Shown here piece after piece: positions 1 through 15,066 of a DNA stretch of 64,000 nt. A program made the position numbers and the translations under genes. Each line of letters starts with the position of its first letter. Within the stretch, counting starts at the first letter, position 1. Source of the DNA: Octopus sinensis (lineage: Eukaryota); contig NC_043004.1 of assembly GCF_006345805.1 (NCBI RefSeq), positions 83,514,001 to 83,578,000 of the forward strand, in the 5' to 3' direction. The notes beneath the pieces are model-generated. The model worked only from the letters and a program-made list of their open reading frames with translations. It was not told the DNA's origin and made no database searches.

Positions 1-589
1 TTTAAGATTTTAAACTTAATAATTTAACCTTTACGTTTTGGGCAGCCTTTAGTAGTATGCCGATAAAGTACATCTGCATCCTATGACTACCTGCCGTCAT
101 CCACGGTAACTGCACAATCATCACTGCATCAACGTTAAGAATACCTTAGTGCACATTGAGATATAGTTGAAATAATCGATAAAGGAGATATATTACTGGA
201 AACTTTATTTATCACTACGATCGTTTCGACATTCTGCATCGCTCCCACACGGGTGCGAAACTGTAAAGATGAATTATGGGGGATCGCATGATACTGAATC
301 ATCGTTTCTTGTGAAGTATTGCGTGGTATCGTTTAGGTCTCGCTACTTGGCGGTTCGGAAAAATCTGATAGAATAAATACAGACTTTTTAAAAAGGTAAT
401 GTGGTCATAGATATGCAACTGTGTTGCATCACCTGAAGCATCGTAGGGTGCACCGTAATCCATTATATAGGCTCCGACCCGAGAGGGAGGGATGTAAGAT
501 AAGTCGAAACGATTGTGATGATAAATATGTTTCCAGTATACTATTCATCCGTATTCATTGTTTCCACTATATATATATAAAGATATATA

Positions 590-1012
<423 letters not shown>

Positions 1013-1380
1013 AATTAGTAATAAATGGCACAACTAATTACCGATATTTACTGGAAATAGCGAACGTAAAAATACGACGCTAATGTAGCTTCACCCCGTA
1101 TGTATTAGCAAAAATGCGTGTGTGCAACAAAATAGAGAAAAAAAACCGTCTTACCTCCAGGGAGAACATCTGAAAGATGAAACACCCGGAAAATGGATAA
1201 TGTGGTACCTGCAGGTTTCAGGTTTTGAAAGATATGTCTCTCTCACCCATATTTTGCTTTACCTTCTTCAGCCAAACATATACCAGACGAAATCTACGAT
1301 GTTACCACCACATTAATACTAACACACTCGACTGAAATACGGAACGCTAACAGTACGAGAAACGGTGAAGAAGTTTCAAA

Positions 1381-1758
1381 ATATCAGTAATGCAATACAA
1401 AGTATTGCCTTCCAGTAAAAAGTAGCCCGTGAGGGAAAAATACACAAATTAGTAAATAAATGGCACAACTAAGTACCGATATTTACTGGAAATAGCGAAC
1501 GTAAAAATACGACTCTAATGTGTAGCTTCACCGCGTATGTATTATGGAGGTAAGACGGTTTTTTTCTCTATTTTGTTGCACACACGCATTTTTGCTAATA
1601 CATACGCGGTGAACTACACATTAGCGTCGTATTTTTACGTCCGCTATTTCCAGTAAATATCGGTACTTAGTTGTGCCATTTATTTACTAATTTGTGTATT
1701 TTTCCCTCACGGGCTACTTTTTACTGGAAGGCAATACTTTGTATTGCATTACTGATAT
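1381..1758. repeat. Fold-back inverted repeat, about 160-bp arms
   Basis: 1381-1543 is nearly the reverse complement of 1592-1758. An additional direct copy lies at 1017-1160. Confidence 0.85.
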
Positions 1759-1778
1759 ATATATATATATATATTAAT

Positions 1779-1809
<31 letters not shown>

Positions 1810-2424
1810 AGTGTGTGTGTATGTGTGTGTGTTTGTGTATGTGTGTTCTCGCGTCTTATTAACAAATGTAGTTTTAAGATATTACGGGAATCCAGATTGC
1901 AGTGAAAATTACTGGTATAACCTTTTCGTATTATAACGAACACCGAGAAATTGCATAACATCAATGGAATTACTATAAGAATAAAAAAAGAACAAAAATA
2001 GTTAAAGATAAGAATGAAGAAAATAGGTCACAATTTATGTGTGGGGTGATTAACGAAGCTGAACTCATTATATAGCGTTATACTCTGTAATACTTCGTCT
2101 CTGCTTTTATCTGTCTTTTTGTCAAATTATCCACCCACACGTTTCTTCATTCGTGTCTCGGTTTCTACATAGCTTTCTATCGATCAAAATATCTTCTGTC
2201 GTAATATATAATTAAATTTATCCTGATAATTACAATTTTGGCAGTTACCAATAGGTATCTTCTTTTAATTATCGACCTATGAGTTATAATACTGAGAATA
2301 GTTCGTTTACATCTTATTTTATCTGAATTTCATTACAAGGTATCGTAGTGTTTACGCATCGAACTTTGCAAATATGACTATCTGAAAATATGGCAGTATA
2401 TAAGTATGGGTCTGTGAAAATATT

Positions 2425-3000
2425 TCTGCATGTGCCTGCCTGGTAAGAAGGTTTGCTTGTCTACCACATAGGGCTATAGGTCTGGGTTCAATCCCACGGT
2501 GTGGCGCTTTGCACAGGTTTTTCTGCCTTATTTCCGGGCGATAAAAAAGCCTTGCAAATGGATTCGGAAGACGGAATGTGAAAGAAACCCCGCTGTATAT
2601 ATCATCATAATCATCATCATCATCGTTTAAAACGTCCGCTTTCCATGCTAGCATGGGTTGGACGGTTCAACTTGGGGTCTGGCAAGCTCGAAGGCTGCAC
2701 CAGGCCAGTCAGATCTGGCAGTGTTTCTACAGCTGGATCCCTGCCCTTCCTACGCCAACCACTCCGAGAGTGTAGTGGGTGATTTTTATGTGCCACCACC
2801 GACACAGTGCCAGGCGAGGCTGGCAGACGGCCACGCTCGGATGGTGTTTTTATGTGCCACCGACACAGGTGCCAGACGAGGCTGGCGAACGGCCACGCTC
2901 GGATGGTGTTTGTTACGTGCCCATAGCACGGAGGCCAGTCGATGCGGTACTGGCTACGGTCACGTTCGGATGGTTTTCTTGTGCCCCGGCACTGGTACCA
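2425..3000 (+). mobile_element. SINE followed by a repeat with three degenerate tandem units of about 57 bp
   Basis: Similar to the SINE at 39245-39410. Unit GTGCC...GGCCACGCTCGGATGGTG repeated at 2785-2975. Confidence 0.55.
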
Positions 3001-3029
3001 CAAGGATACAAATTCCATTGATGTTCATC

Positions 3030-5259
3030 TATTTTGATTTGGTTGTTTTGTTTTGATTTGATTTGATTTGATTGATTTTCACTTGCCTCAACAGGTCTTC
3101 ACAAGTGTCACAAGAAGGAAGGTATGCACAGGTGGACTGACTACTCCCAGGTAGGGCCACGGGTTTGGCTTCACTAGTCTTGCCGGGTCTTCTCACGCAC
3201 AGCATACGTCCATAGTCTCGGTCTCTAGTCATTTCCATGGTAAGTTAACGTTCGAGGTCGTGCTTCAGCACCTCGTCCCAGGTTTTCCTGGGTCTACCTC
3301 TTCCACGGGTTCCCCTCAACTGCTAGGTTTGGCACTTTCTCACACCCTATCTTCATCCATTCTCGCCACATGACCATCCAGCGCAATCGTCTCTCTTGCA
3401 CACCACAACTGATGCTTTCTTAGGTACAACATTTCTCTCAAGGTACTAACGCTCTTTCGAGTAAGTACACTGACATTACACATCCATCGAGCATACTGGC
3501 CTCATTCCTCACGAGCTTACGCATGTCCTCAGCAGTCACGGCCCATGTTTCACCTGCCATGGCAGCATGGCTGTTCGTACACATGCATCATACAGTCTGC
3601 CTTTTACTCTGAGCGAGAGGCCATTAGTCACCTGCAGAGGTAAGAGCTCCCTAAACTTTGCCCAGGCTATTCTTATTCTACTAGCATTTACACACTTTCA
3701 GCGCATCCACCCCCACTACTGACTTGGTCACCTAGATACGGAAGCTATCAACTACTTCTAGTTTTACCCTGGAAAGTGACGGAAGTTTTTTCTCTTCTGC
3801 AGATTTCGGAGGTCAATGCTCCCGAGCATCTGCCACATACAAAAACTATCTTCCCAGTTAGCCTACCTTTGACATTGCTGCACCTCTTATGTGTCCATAG
3901 CTTACACTGGTACTGGTACTTCTTAGAGTTTCTACTACACCTTTTCTACAGATCGAGCAGGGCCATCTTCCTGATGATATTTGTGGATTGGTCTACCTTC
4001 TACTTATTAGTACTTTGGTTTTAGCTAGGTTGACTCTAAGGCCCCTCGATTCTAACCCTCCTTCCACACCTGGAACTTCTCCTCCAGTTCTGATAGTGAC
4101 TCAGCAATTAGAGCGAGGTCGTCAGCATAGAGGATTCCCAGGGGCAACCTGTCTTGAATTTCCTCCACATTGCCTGGAGGACTATGATAAATAGGAGGGG
4201 GCTGAGTACTGAACCCTGCTGTGTACATCTGTTGCCAACCCTAACCTTACTTACGGCATCTCTGTACATGGCTTGCACAGCCTCACCAGCCATTCATCTA
4301 TCCCTAGTTTCCTCATTGACCACCAGATGAGGGATCGGGGGACCTATCAAAGGCTTTTCTCCATGTCAACAAAGCCAGGTACAGGGGCTTATCTTTGGCT
4401 AGGTATTTCTCCTCCTGCAGCTGCCTTACCAGAATATAGCATCAGTGGTGCTTTTCCCTGGCACGAACCCAAACTGCATCTCAACTAATAACCTCCTCTC
4501 TCTCTAATTAGTTGGGCTATGACCCTCTCCGTAACCTTCATTACTGATCCAACAGCTTGATACCTCTGTAATTATTTGCATCTAGGGCTCACCTTTACCT
4601 TTGTAGCAGTTGACTAGTATGCTGCTACACCAGTCATTGGTATGACTCCTTCGTGTATCACCTGGTTGACTATACGGTGACTAGGTTATAGCCGACACTG
4701 CCAGATATTTTGAGCATCTCTGCAGTGATCCTGATGGCCTGGGGCTTTCCCTGTCTTCATGCTTCTAATTGCCTTACCTACCACGGAACTATCAACTCGG
4801 AAGCTGGTCCCTCTGTTGGGTCAACATTCGGCAGACTCTCTTTATCCCATTCATTTTCTTTATTCAGCAACCTTTCATAGTGGCATCTCCCACCTCTCTC
4901 TTTGCATCCTCATTTAGCGCAACTGAAACCATCATCCCTGCGAACACACTTCTCTCCTACCACATCACCGATTCTCTCTTCACACATGTCTTGCAACACA
5001 AATACCTCAATCTTTCATCCTCACGGCTCAGAACATTGGCAAATCTTTTTCTTATCCCTTCCCCTTTGGCTAAATAGACCTGTCCCCTAGCTTCCCTTTT
5101 GGCTGTCTTATACAATTCCCTGCTACCACCGGTCTTCCAGTCCTTCCAAGCCGGTATGTTTTGTCTATTAGCCCTGTCACCACGTGTTCCACCACCATGT
5201 TACTCTGGGTCGAGAAGGTACTTTTGCTCTTCGCCATCCCCAGATCTGTTCAGTGGCTG
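3030..5259 (-). mobile_element. RTE (BovB-like) LINE fragment, linker-RT-3' end, degraded and cut by the gap
   Basis: Motifs TWWWN, EKAFDR, QQGSVLSPLLF and RVKGRLYDACVRTAM. (AATCA)n-like tail near 3040-3075. Confidence 0.75.
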
Positions 5260-5359
5260 NNNNNNNNNNNNNNNNNNNNNNNNNNNNNNNNNNNNNNNNN
5301 NNNNNNNNNNNNNNNNNNNNNNNNNNNNNNNNNNNNNNNNNNNNNNNNNNNNNNNNNNN
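5260..5359. other. Assembly gap (100 N)
   Basis: Run of N. Confidence 1.
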
Positions 5360-5384
5360 AAGGATAGCTCGTGAGGGTAAAATT

Positions 5385-5560
5385 ATACATAAAAGTAAAT
5401 AAATGGTACAACGAAGCACCAATAATTACTGGAAAATAGCGACGTAATAAATACGACGCTAATGTATAGCTCACTGCAGTGAACCTATACATTAGCGTCG
5501 TATTTATTACGTTCGCTATTTTTCAGTAAATATCGGTGCTTCGTTGTACCATTTATTTAT
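5385..5560. repeat. Loopless palindrome, about 85-bp arms, related to the 1017-1758 family
   Basis: Centred on CACTGCAGTG at about 5478. Confidence 0.8.
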
Positions 5561-5561
5561 T

Positions 5562-5618
<57 letters not shown>

Positions 5619-5789
5619 CATATTAGGGAAGTTATTTCCGAGTCCACAGGCCACAGGGGAGAGAAATTCAATTTAGTGGGACTAAAAAGAATTTGTCGCT
5701 GTATTATATAGATATATATATAGATAGGGTTGAGAGACAGAACCACCTTCAAGCAACTCAAACAACATTGAACAACATTATCTATGATA

Positions 5790-6100
5790 GAGATATATAA
5801 CTCTTTTACTTGTTTCAGTCATTTGACTGTGGCCATGCTGGATCACCGCCTTTAGTCGAACAACTCTAACCCAGGACTTATTCTTTGTAAACCTAGTACT
5901 TATTCTATCGGTCACTTTTGCCGAACTACTAACTTGCGCAGACGTAAACACACCAGCATCTGTTGTCAAACGATGTTGGGAGGACAAACACAGACACAAA
6001 CATATACACACATACATATATATAAATATATTCAATATACGACGGGCTTCTTTCATGTCCGCCTACCAAATCAACACAAGGCTTTTGTCGGCTCCCTTGA
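5790..6100 (-). mobile_element. SINE
   Basis: Shares TTTCAGTCATTTGACTGTGGCCATGCTGG and GACGGGCTTCTTTCA blocks with copies at 25525-25735, 40090-40310, 42155-42520 and 51515-51840. Confidence 0.7.
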
Positions 6101-6297
6101 ACAGCACTTGACAGTGGTTACATAAATTTGATAACAAAGTAAAATATTGTGTTTTATTTTAAATCTATTTCTTTAAAATGATCCGGTTTTAAATATAGCG
6201 GATTTTCTTTGGTTTTTAAAAAAAAGTACACACAACTATACATACATACATACATACATACATATACACATACATACACACGCACACACGCATAAAC

Positions 6298-6363
<66 letters not shown>

Positions 6364-7514
6364 TTCATACAAGGTAGTGTATGAATGATATTGTTAAGGT
6401 CAACATTTACTCACATGTGACCAGTTCTAGGCTTTGTGACTAACTCAGTTTTTAAGCTAATTAGATTGTGTTTTGGTCAAATCCCAAGCTACATTTTCAG
6501 GTACAAAATTTTAAAATGCTTTGGTAGAAAAAATTTGCAGAGTAAAATATATCTTGTCAAAATCGGAAGATTAACGACTGAAATCGAATTTTAGTCCAAA
6601 TATATATATATTCTTAAGAAATCTATATTTTTTTTAGATTATATGATAGATCTTGGCAAGGGGAATGTTTATCCAAAAAATATTCTGTAGAAAAATGTAC
6701 TGAAGTAAAAACCGGTGAGAAAATACGGAGAACAATGACTGAAATCAATTTCGACTCCAAATATTTTCTTATTTCAAAAGAAAACTATGTAAATTCAATT
6801 TTCTGATAGATCTCGCTAGAGTAATCCCATGATGCCAATTATATATAAAAAATCAAATCTATTAAATAGAAAATTACTGCGGCCAAATGTGCACAAAAAG
6901 TGGTAATCCCTGAAATTAAATTCAAGGCCTATTTTTTTTTTACTTCATATGATAGAAGTACACAAGACGAGTGCTGTGGTGCAAATCTTTTCAAAAAATA
7001 TTATTCAAACATTACCATGTGTGAATGATATTGTTAAGGTCAATATTTACTCACTCAGGACCACTTTTAGGCTTTCTCACTCACTCAGTTTTTAACCAAA
7101 TTTGATGATGTTTACATTTATAGATTGGTCACATCATAGGCTACATATAGAGCTAATATGCCAAAAATCGTGGTAACGTCTTACAGCAACTTTATAACCT
7201 CAACATCTATATATTAGCGAATGCAACGAAATCCTATGCAGATATTTTTTTATTTCATATTTTCAGAATTTAAGGAAAAATATGTGAACATTTAAGAAAA
7301 CAAACCATAAAATTCTTATTTCAATTCAATCATCCACAATGAAAAATAATTCAAATGTTTTAAAACAAAAGAATATATAGTTTTATTGCATTGCCTGTAA
7401 AAAATAGCCCCATATATGGGGCTATGCATATATATAATGTGTGTGTGTGTGTGTGTGTGGGGTGTGGTGTGTGTGGTGGTGTGTGTGTGTTATAGGAAAA
7501 GGAAATAAAACTAT

Positions 7515-8082
7515 GTCAGAACAAGTATCTCAGGTCATTTAGAATATCTGGAAAAGACTTTCTAACTAGAAAGGGTATGGTCTGGTCAGCCTGTAATGAC
7601 ATGCATAAGATCTGGTCATCAAATCTAAGTAGAGACTTCAAACTTGAAATCTTCAAAGCCACAGTCGAACCAATTCTACTATATGGCTCAGAAACCTGGA
7701 CGTTATCAAAGAAGCTTGAGAGGCGGTGGATGGAACCTACACTCGCCTCCTTATGAGAGCTCAAAATCTCTCCTGGAGGCGCCATCCAATCAAAATGCAA
7801 ATATGGGAAACTACCACCTGTGTCCTCTCTTGTGAAAGGTAGGAGAGTCCAGTTTGCTGGACATTGTTGTAAAGCTGAAAAAGAAGTAATTTCTACTCTT
7901 CTCCTCTGGAAGCCATCTACTCGCAATACCAGAGGGCGCACACTCTCCTACCCTGATGTAATCTCCAGGGATACAGGCATCCAGAAACAGTACCTCCGTA
8001 ATGCCATGATGGACCGTGAAGTCTGGCGTAGCATGGTAAATTCCATTGTCTCGACCACGGTCGAACAATGATGATGATGAGA
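7515..8082 (+). mobile_element. 5'-truncated RTE-clade LINE
   Basis: FKATVEPILLYGSETWTL...FAGHC...DREVWR with one frameshift, and a (TGA)n tail. Confidence 0.85.
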
Positions 8083-8295
8083 ATATTTGAGTAAAATATG
8101 TAGAATCCAAAATTCTAAACACCCTGAGATACTCGTTCTGCTTTGGTTTTGCTTCCTTTTCCATTAATATATACCTGCTGACCCGGAAGCCTACTACGGA
8201 CCCTTAGCACCAGCCCCAGGGTGACCAATTATAGCATTCATATACACAGTGAACATATTCGTTTCGATCACCAGGGAACAGAACAGAATCTATAA

Positions 8296-8347
<52 letters not shown>

Positions 8348-8369
8348 GTGTGTGTGTGTGTGTGTGTGT

Positions 8370-8400
<31 letters not shown>

Positions 8401-8635
8401 TCTGTCTGTCTCTCTGTCTGTCTGGTGTATATCATTATTTCTAATAGGCTTATTTTATCACATACGGTCCTACGGTTACGTCAATCAACGCATGTATATG
8501 TATGTGTGAGTGGGCATCTGTTTTCAATGTGTCAAATTTAGTTGTTCGTCCGATTAACTTACTGAGGAAAACTAAATAAGCTTCGAATTATCAAGCATGT
8601 AATATTTATGACAAATATATATTTTTCATACTTAC

Positions 8636-9658
8636 TGAATCATGCAATTTTATTCCTTTTCTAAGCAAATATATATACAACCCTGCCAACAGCCATGTTG
8701 AAATCGTCAAGTAAGCACTATCTATATGATACAAGTACCCTCCAATGCAACCATATAAAAAATAACCGGTAGTTGTTAAGAATGAAAGTACAAAATATGT
8801 AATATAATTCTGAAATAATTCATTCGTCAAATCCAGTAGAGTACAGAGTTCTTGAAATTGGTCGAAAATTCTCATAATTTCTTTACCTGTGTTCCCATCA
8901 TGTATGCTTTTGTTTTCAATATTATTTATTATTCTACTGTTTAACACCTTGAACTCAGTTATTAAAGTGTTTATAACGAAGTTGTGAATTGATAATAATG
9001 GGAAAATAGGTATAAATTTTATGGTGCTTATTAGATAATGAAGTATTAAGCTAATATTGCCGAAAACACTGGTTCGTGGGAAAGGATATATGAAGAGTTC
9101 CATAAATGTATTACTATCCTTGGTGCAAATCGGTAAAAGATATTCAGCAATAAAAATGCTTAGAAATATAAGAAAGGTATAAATATATTTGTATAATTTC
9201 CGAACAAAGTTGTTTTGAAGTGAAAAATTCGGGTTATATTTAATACATTGAAAATTGGTTATCTTATTCAGAATTGCAACATTTTTATCAGCATGGAAAG
9301 CAGTTCCAAACCATAGTGATGTTGCAGCAATTTGGCTAAAACCGATATCAATTTTAACGTTGAACACAGTTTCGACCTCCTTAGAATTCGAATGAATGTA
9401 TAAGAAACATCTAGCATTTTCTGCAAGCATACATATTTCAAGAATGCGAAAAGTGATGTATAAACCTTTTCTCTTTAGACTATATGATTTCCAAAGATAT
9501 GCTGAAAGTTTTATATTTATAAACTGGTGAATCCTTATAAAACATTGAATAAAATAGTGTGCGTTGTTGGGACGATGCACTTCTCTCTGGTAATTGACCC
9601 TCGGAGAATATGTAGATGGCTGTATATCGTTGTTGTTTAAAGGATATATTGTGAACAT
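8636..9658 (-). CDS. Gustatory-receptor-like (7tm_7/7TMIC) gene A, large coding exon (N-terminus to TM6)
   Basis: 341 open codons from ATG 9658 (the ORF track's earlier start is a TTG). About six hydrophobic segments with GR-like motifs: post-TM2 VAILNKI, TM4 ...TLITEFKVLN, loop FQELCTLLDLTNELF. Ends ...HDS|GTAAGT (phase-0 donor). Clear paralog of 13627-14649. Confidence 0.8.
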
Positions 9659-10429
9659 TTTCTTCAAGTATATTTCTAATACGACTTAAATAAAATATAT
9701 ACTACTGCACGAATAATTTTGTTAAAAAATATTAAGTTCCGTTTCCAAGCTGGTGTTATAAATTATTTTGTAGATCAAGGTTAACGGTTGTTTTTTAGAT
9801 GATATTTCAACTGTTATACGCGCTTCATATATTCTGTAATCCTGGTTTTCATGTGTTCGGACAGTATCTTCAAAATAACAAAAATGACGTTGTAATGTAG
9901 GGAACACTTGGTATAGTGCAATAAATTCATCACTTTATATGTTCATCTTTCTTAAAACAAACTACATGAAAACAAAGATCATTCATAATAACATCAATGA
10001 CCTGCTATAAAGTAATGTTTTAAAAGTTATGCTATTTAGCTTCAGTACAGAAGAGTAAGAGATTATTGGATCTTACTTAAGTGTAGTAAATAATCAATTG
10101 ATTCGCCTTTCTACGTAAATAGCTTCATTTTAGGTAAGTCAATATTCTTTACGTTTAAGTGTTGTAAATATATAACGATGAAAATAGAAAAATGGTTCGC
10201 TTTATTTTGTAGAAATATCAATAAAACATCAATGAGTCTCATACAGGATTCATATTGAAATTTATGTACAAATGCGATTGGAAGTTGAATACCTCACTAC
10301 AATCACACACACACACGCACACACACACAAACACAAACACACACACACACACACTCTCACACATACATATGTACATATAATTTATGTGTATTTCTTCACA
10401 ATCATCTGACCCACTTATTTTCCTTCATT

Positions 10430-10470
<41 letters not shown>

Positions 10471-10538
10471 AAGTGTATATACATATATACACACATATAT
10501 ACATATATATGCATGCAAACATATATACATATATATAT

Positions 10539-10576
<38 letters not shown>

Positions 10577-12605
10577 ACACACACACGCGCGCATGTATGT
10601 ATGTATATTTGTATCTATAAATGATGACTCCATCTCTCTCGGTACTTCATTACATTCAATATAATTCAGCCTTATTGACAAAAGCTTTAATATTATCTGT
10701 GTAGCTTCCTTACATTAATAACCGTTGTCCAGTAAGGAAATATATCGATGTATATTGTTTACTATTAAAGTTATATCAGTAAAAATTCAGATACTAGCGA
10801 AATGTGTCTTAAACTTCAAAAAGGCTTGCATGTATGTGAGTCAAACGTAAAAATAAATCCGTTTTCGTTAAGGGTAAATTTATGCAATTTTTTCTTTAAA
10901 TATGTACAAAATCTATAATAATTGTTAGTATCAGCAATAATTAAATTTCCAGTCCATCATCGAAAAAGTGCCGTAAAACATGATGCCACTTTCCTTTGAT
11001 GACGGCTGTGTCCAGGTAACACATTTGAAACATCAAATTGTTGATGTTCATTGTTGCTTAATGAAATATCAACTGATGATGACTGCCGTTAAGGGATATA
11101 GAGTTTTCAAAGTGGAGCTTCTTACATCAAATACTAAACATGCCGATTCTTGTAAAAATTCTTTCTTGGGGCTTCTTTAGCATGCTTTGTCTTATGGACA
11201 CCAGTCATTATTTGTTACATCTTATTATGGAGCCGTGTAATTTAATAGTTATAATTTCGTTTCCAAAATTTAACACTGATGAAAATTGGTGCCTGATATT
11301 CATTGCCATCTATCTTCTTACAGCAAAGCATCCATGTTTGGTTTTCAGCTTTGCATTTACGCTTCTTAACATAGATTTTCAATTCTACCAGCTATCTGCT
11401 GTTGTCCTGCAGTGTGACAAACCTTGTAGAAGCATGATTGCTCAACATCTTAGAAATAACAAACAAAGCACCATGAAAACGCGCTGTACTCCCTTTAGAA
11501 ACTAACGAAGTGGCTTATAGACAGAATACTTTTCTCCATAGAATGGTGATTTGCAACAATAATATGCAGGCCAGTCTGAACGAGAAATACATATTACAGT
11601 ACAATAGTTGCTAATTACATCGCTGTTATATTTACTTTGTATTACACACATCGGAATAAACCCTGCAGTTTTTTTTTATCTCTTTCATCGTTTAATTATT
11701 TCACTCTTTCGGGAAATTAAACGACGTTAAGGTTTCGTTTAAATTTATGCAGCTCAAGGCATGCGAGAAACACATGAGCAGAGAGGAAATTCCATGAAGT
11801 TGATATTCTAGAAGAGAGTGACCGGTTTAGTAGTTAGCAAAGAGCCGAATGTCTAAGGGAATGAATGTGACAAAAAGTAAAGAGACGGATGAGTCGTGGG
11901 AATCAAAGAAGGGAGGATATGAAATTAGCTGTCTACAAGAAAGAGAGGTCATTATACTAACGGGAGAGAAAAATACAGAGGGAAGCTATCACTATATAAG
12001 TTTGGAGTCGTGAGTCTGCAGCCTGGAGTATATTTTGGGAGAGATTTGATATAATTCAGACAATCACACATTTTCTGAACGAAAACCATGGTAACTGTAT
12101 TTGCTGCAAAATTCCGGATGTAGGAACAGAAATTACTCTATCGTGACGTTTCACTTGGGATTTGTGCACTAGAGTTTCTGCACCTCTAGCTTGTTGCTAT
12201 AATTTCTGAACCTTCTCATCAGGGCTTGTTTCTGGAGTCCACTCCTAATTATGTTAAAGATAGATCTGCTTTCGGCAGAATATTACCCTCGGTGATAACG
12301 AGATTCCACATTGAGAGCAACTGTGTAGGTCTTAGCTAAGTACTGTTCATGTTCAGGCGAGGAGATGATATTTTATTTAAAAAAAAATCGCTTGATTTTT
12401 ATTGACAAGAGGCAAGAATAGCTTCTCACTCCTAAGATGGATCGATAAATCTCCGTTCCAGGAATCAGCCAAGATTTAGTACTCGGTTGCATGGGAGTGG
12501 TGCACAACAGGGAACTTAGAGAGGAGTGATGAGTCATCTCAAATGCATTGGCGTTAGTATAGATAGATATAGCATCAAATATCGATGTATAAATGGAACT
12601 GCGTA

Positions 12606-12656
<51 letters not shown>

Positions 12657-12692
12657 GTATACATACATATACATATGTACATATATACATAT

Positions 12693-12805
<113 letters not shown>

Positions 12806-13626
12806 AGATACATTTAAAGAAATAATTTTATTCTCAAATGCCTTATAATGCTAATAATATAACGTGAACAGGATAAACTATCCATATTTTGCAGAAAAAC
12901 CTGTTGACAGCCCACCATGATATTCGAACTTGCATCCCAGTGATTAGGCGTATATATGTATGTATCTATGTACATTTGCCTGAATTTTCAGTGATATAGC
13001 CATTCTTAATTGCATAATATTTCTATATAAATTTCCAGATGAATCCCTCACTGCTGTTTTATTGATACTTGAACAAAATGAAAACAAATCCTCTTGTGTT
13101 ATAATCTCACCTAGTGCACAACACTTAAGTATATAGAAAACAGATCATCCACGTCCATAAGAAGCTTACTTACAAAGAACGAATACATTGAGCTTATTTA
13201 CAAAGAACGAATAAATTGAGAATTTACTTAAGTAATATTTTCAGCAATTTTTCCTCGCCTTTTAAGTGACAGAAGCTTTACGATATAACTTTAAATGCAT
13301 TATTTTATTGAAAACACTTGACAATGATACGAATGGCCTTTGCATCTATATATTTTAATGAAAGGAGAACATTATAAATATAATGAAATCATTAAACGGT
13401 ATTACTTACTGCCTGTCTTACAACGTCATTCGTTTTATGACATAGATGCATGTTTTAAATTCATATAAGATATCAAGTGAGCATTAGATTTGAAGTAATA
13501 GCTAAATAAATGACTTATCAACAAAATATTTGAACTCATAACACAGGAAAGGGAAAGTTATAATTCTTAACAAAAGTATACATATTTGCACTACACGGTT
13601 TGTTGTCAGAAATATAGCTGAACAAA

Positions 13627-14649
13627 ATGTTTGCAATATATCCTTTAAACAGCGACAATATACAGACACCTGCACACTCTCAGAAAGTAAATTACCAGAG
13701 AGATGTGCATTGTCAAAACAACACACACTATTTCATTCAGTTTTGTATAAGGATTCACCAGCTTACAAATATGAAAATCTCAGCATCTCTTTGGAAATCA
13801 TATAGTCTAAAGAGAAAATGTTTATACATCACTTGCCGCATTCTAGAAATGTGCATGTTTGCAGAAATCATTAAAATGTTCGCATATAAGCGAGCGAATA
13901 TTAACGAATTTAAAGTTGTATCCCAAGTCAAAAGCAGTATAATTGCTATCCAAATTGCCTTAACATTTCTATGGCTAAGTTGTGTTTTCCATGCCAACAG
14001 TATTGTCGAAATTCTGGATAAGATAACCAATTTTCAATGTATTAAATATAACCTGAATTCTCCGTCTGAAAAACAATTTCTCCAGAAAATCTACAAATGT
14101 CTTCATGTCATACTTGTTTTTGGAAGCATTTTTATTGCTGAATATCTTTTACCGATTTGCACTAAGGATAGTAATACATTTATGGAACTCTTCACATATC
14201 CTTTTCCACGAACCAGTGTTTTTGGCAATATTAGCTTAATACTTCATTATCTAATAAGCACCATAAAATTTATACCTATTTTCACATTATTAGCAATTCA
14301 TAACTTCGTTATAAACACTTTAATAACTGAGTTCAAGGTGTTAAACACTAGAATAATAAATAATATTGAAAACAAAAGCATACGTGATGAAGACACAGGG
14401 AAAGAAATTATGAGAATTTTCGACCAATTTCAAGAACTCTGTACTCTACTGGGTGTGACAAATGACTTATTCCAGTATTATATTGGCTATCTTACATTAA
14501 TTTTCGCAGCTTCATTTTTTTTTCTCATAAAATATCACAGCAATTCTTCGACATATGACGTATATTGTATTTACTGGATAATATTAACTTACATGCTCAC
14601 GAATTTAAGTGTACATACATTTCGGAAAGGAATAAAATTGCATCATTCT
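13627..14649 (+). CDS. Gustatory-receptor-like (7tm_7/7TMIC) gene B, large coding exon (N-terminus to TM6)
   Basis: 341 open codons with the same architecture as gene A (FLWLSCVFHANSIVEILDKI; TLITEFKVLN; FQELCTLLGVTNDLF). Ends ...HHS|GTAAGT at the homologous codon. Confidence 0.8.
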
Positions 14650-14770
14650 GTAAGTATGAAGCTATACAATGAAGTATTTGTCATGAATATAACATAAAAT
14701 TTTCGGCTTTAATCTTCCCCGCTGTTATTTAATTCGCTGCCAATTAAATTTGAAAGAGACCCATTATATG

Positions 14771-14801
<31 letters not shown>

Positions 14802-14962
14802 GATATAAATTAGAGCTAAAAACCACTATTATGCAACTCAAACAGTGATTGACATAAACCAAAACATAAATAACAAATAGAATATATTTTTATAAAACAT
14901 TTAACTAGATCTCAAAAAGTATAAAAATGAATAATCAATATATAAGTAAAAAAATTACGTAC

Positions 14963-15066
<104 letters not shown>

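Noticed and set aside
1-200. Minus-strand GILNVDAVMIVQL as a possible TM7 exon of gene A
   Set aside because: In-frame stop upstream, no compatible splice sites and no TY motif.
2780-2990. CRISPR-like repeat array
   Set aside because: Eukaryotic context, degenerate tandem units without unique spacers, and no cas genes.
10950-11510. Short ORFs between the two receptor genes
   Set aside because: No recognisable motifs on either strand and no splice-supported frame.
12195-12235. Minus-strand CTGATGAG...GAAA hammerhead-like core
   Set aside because: Stem II and stem III cannot form convincingly.
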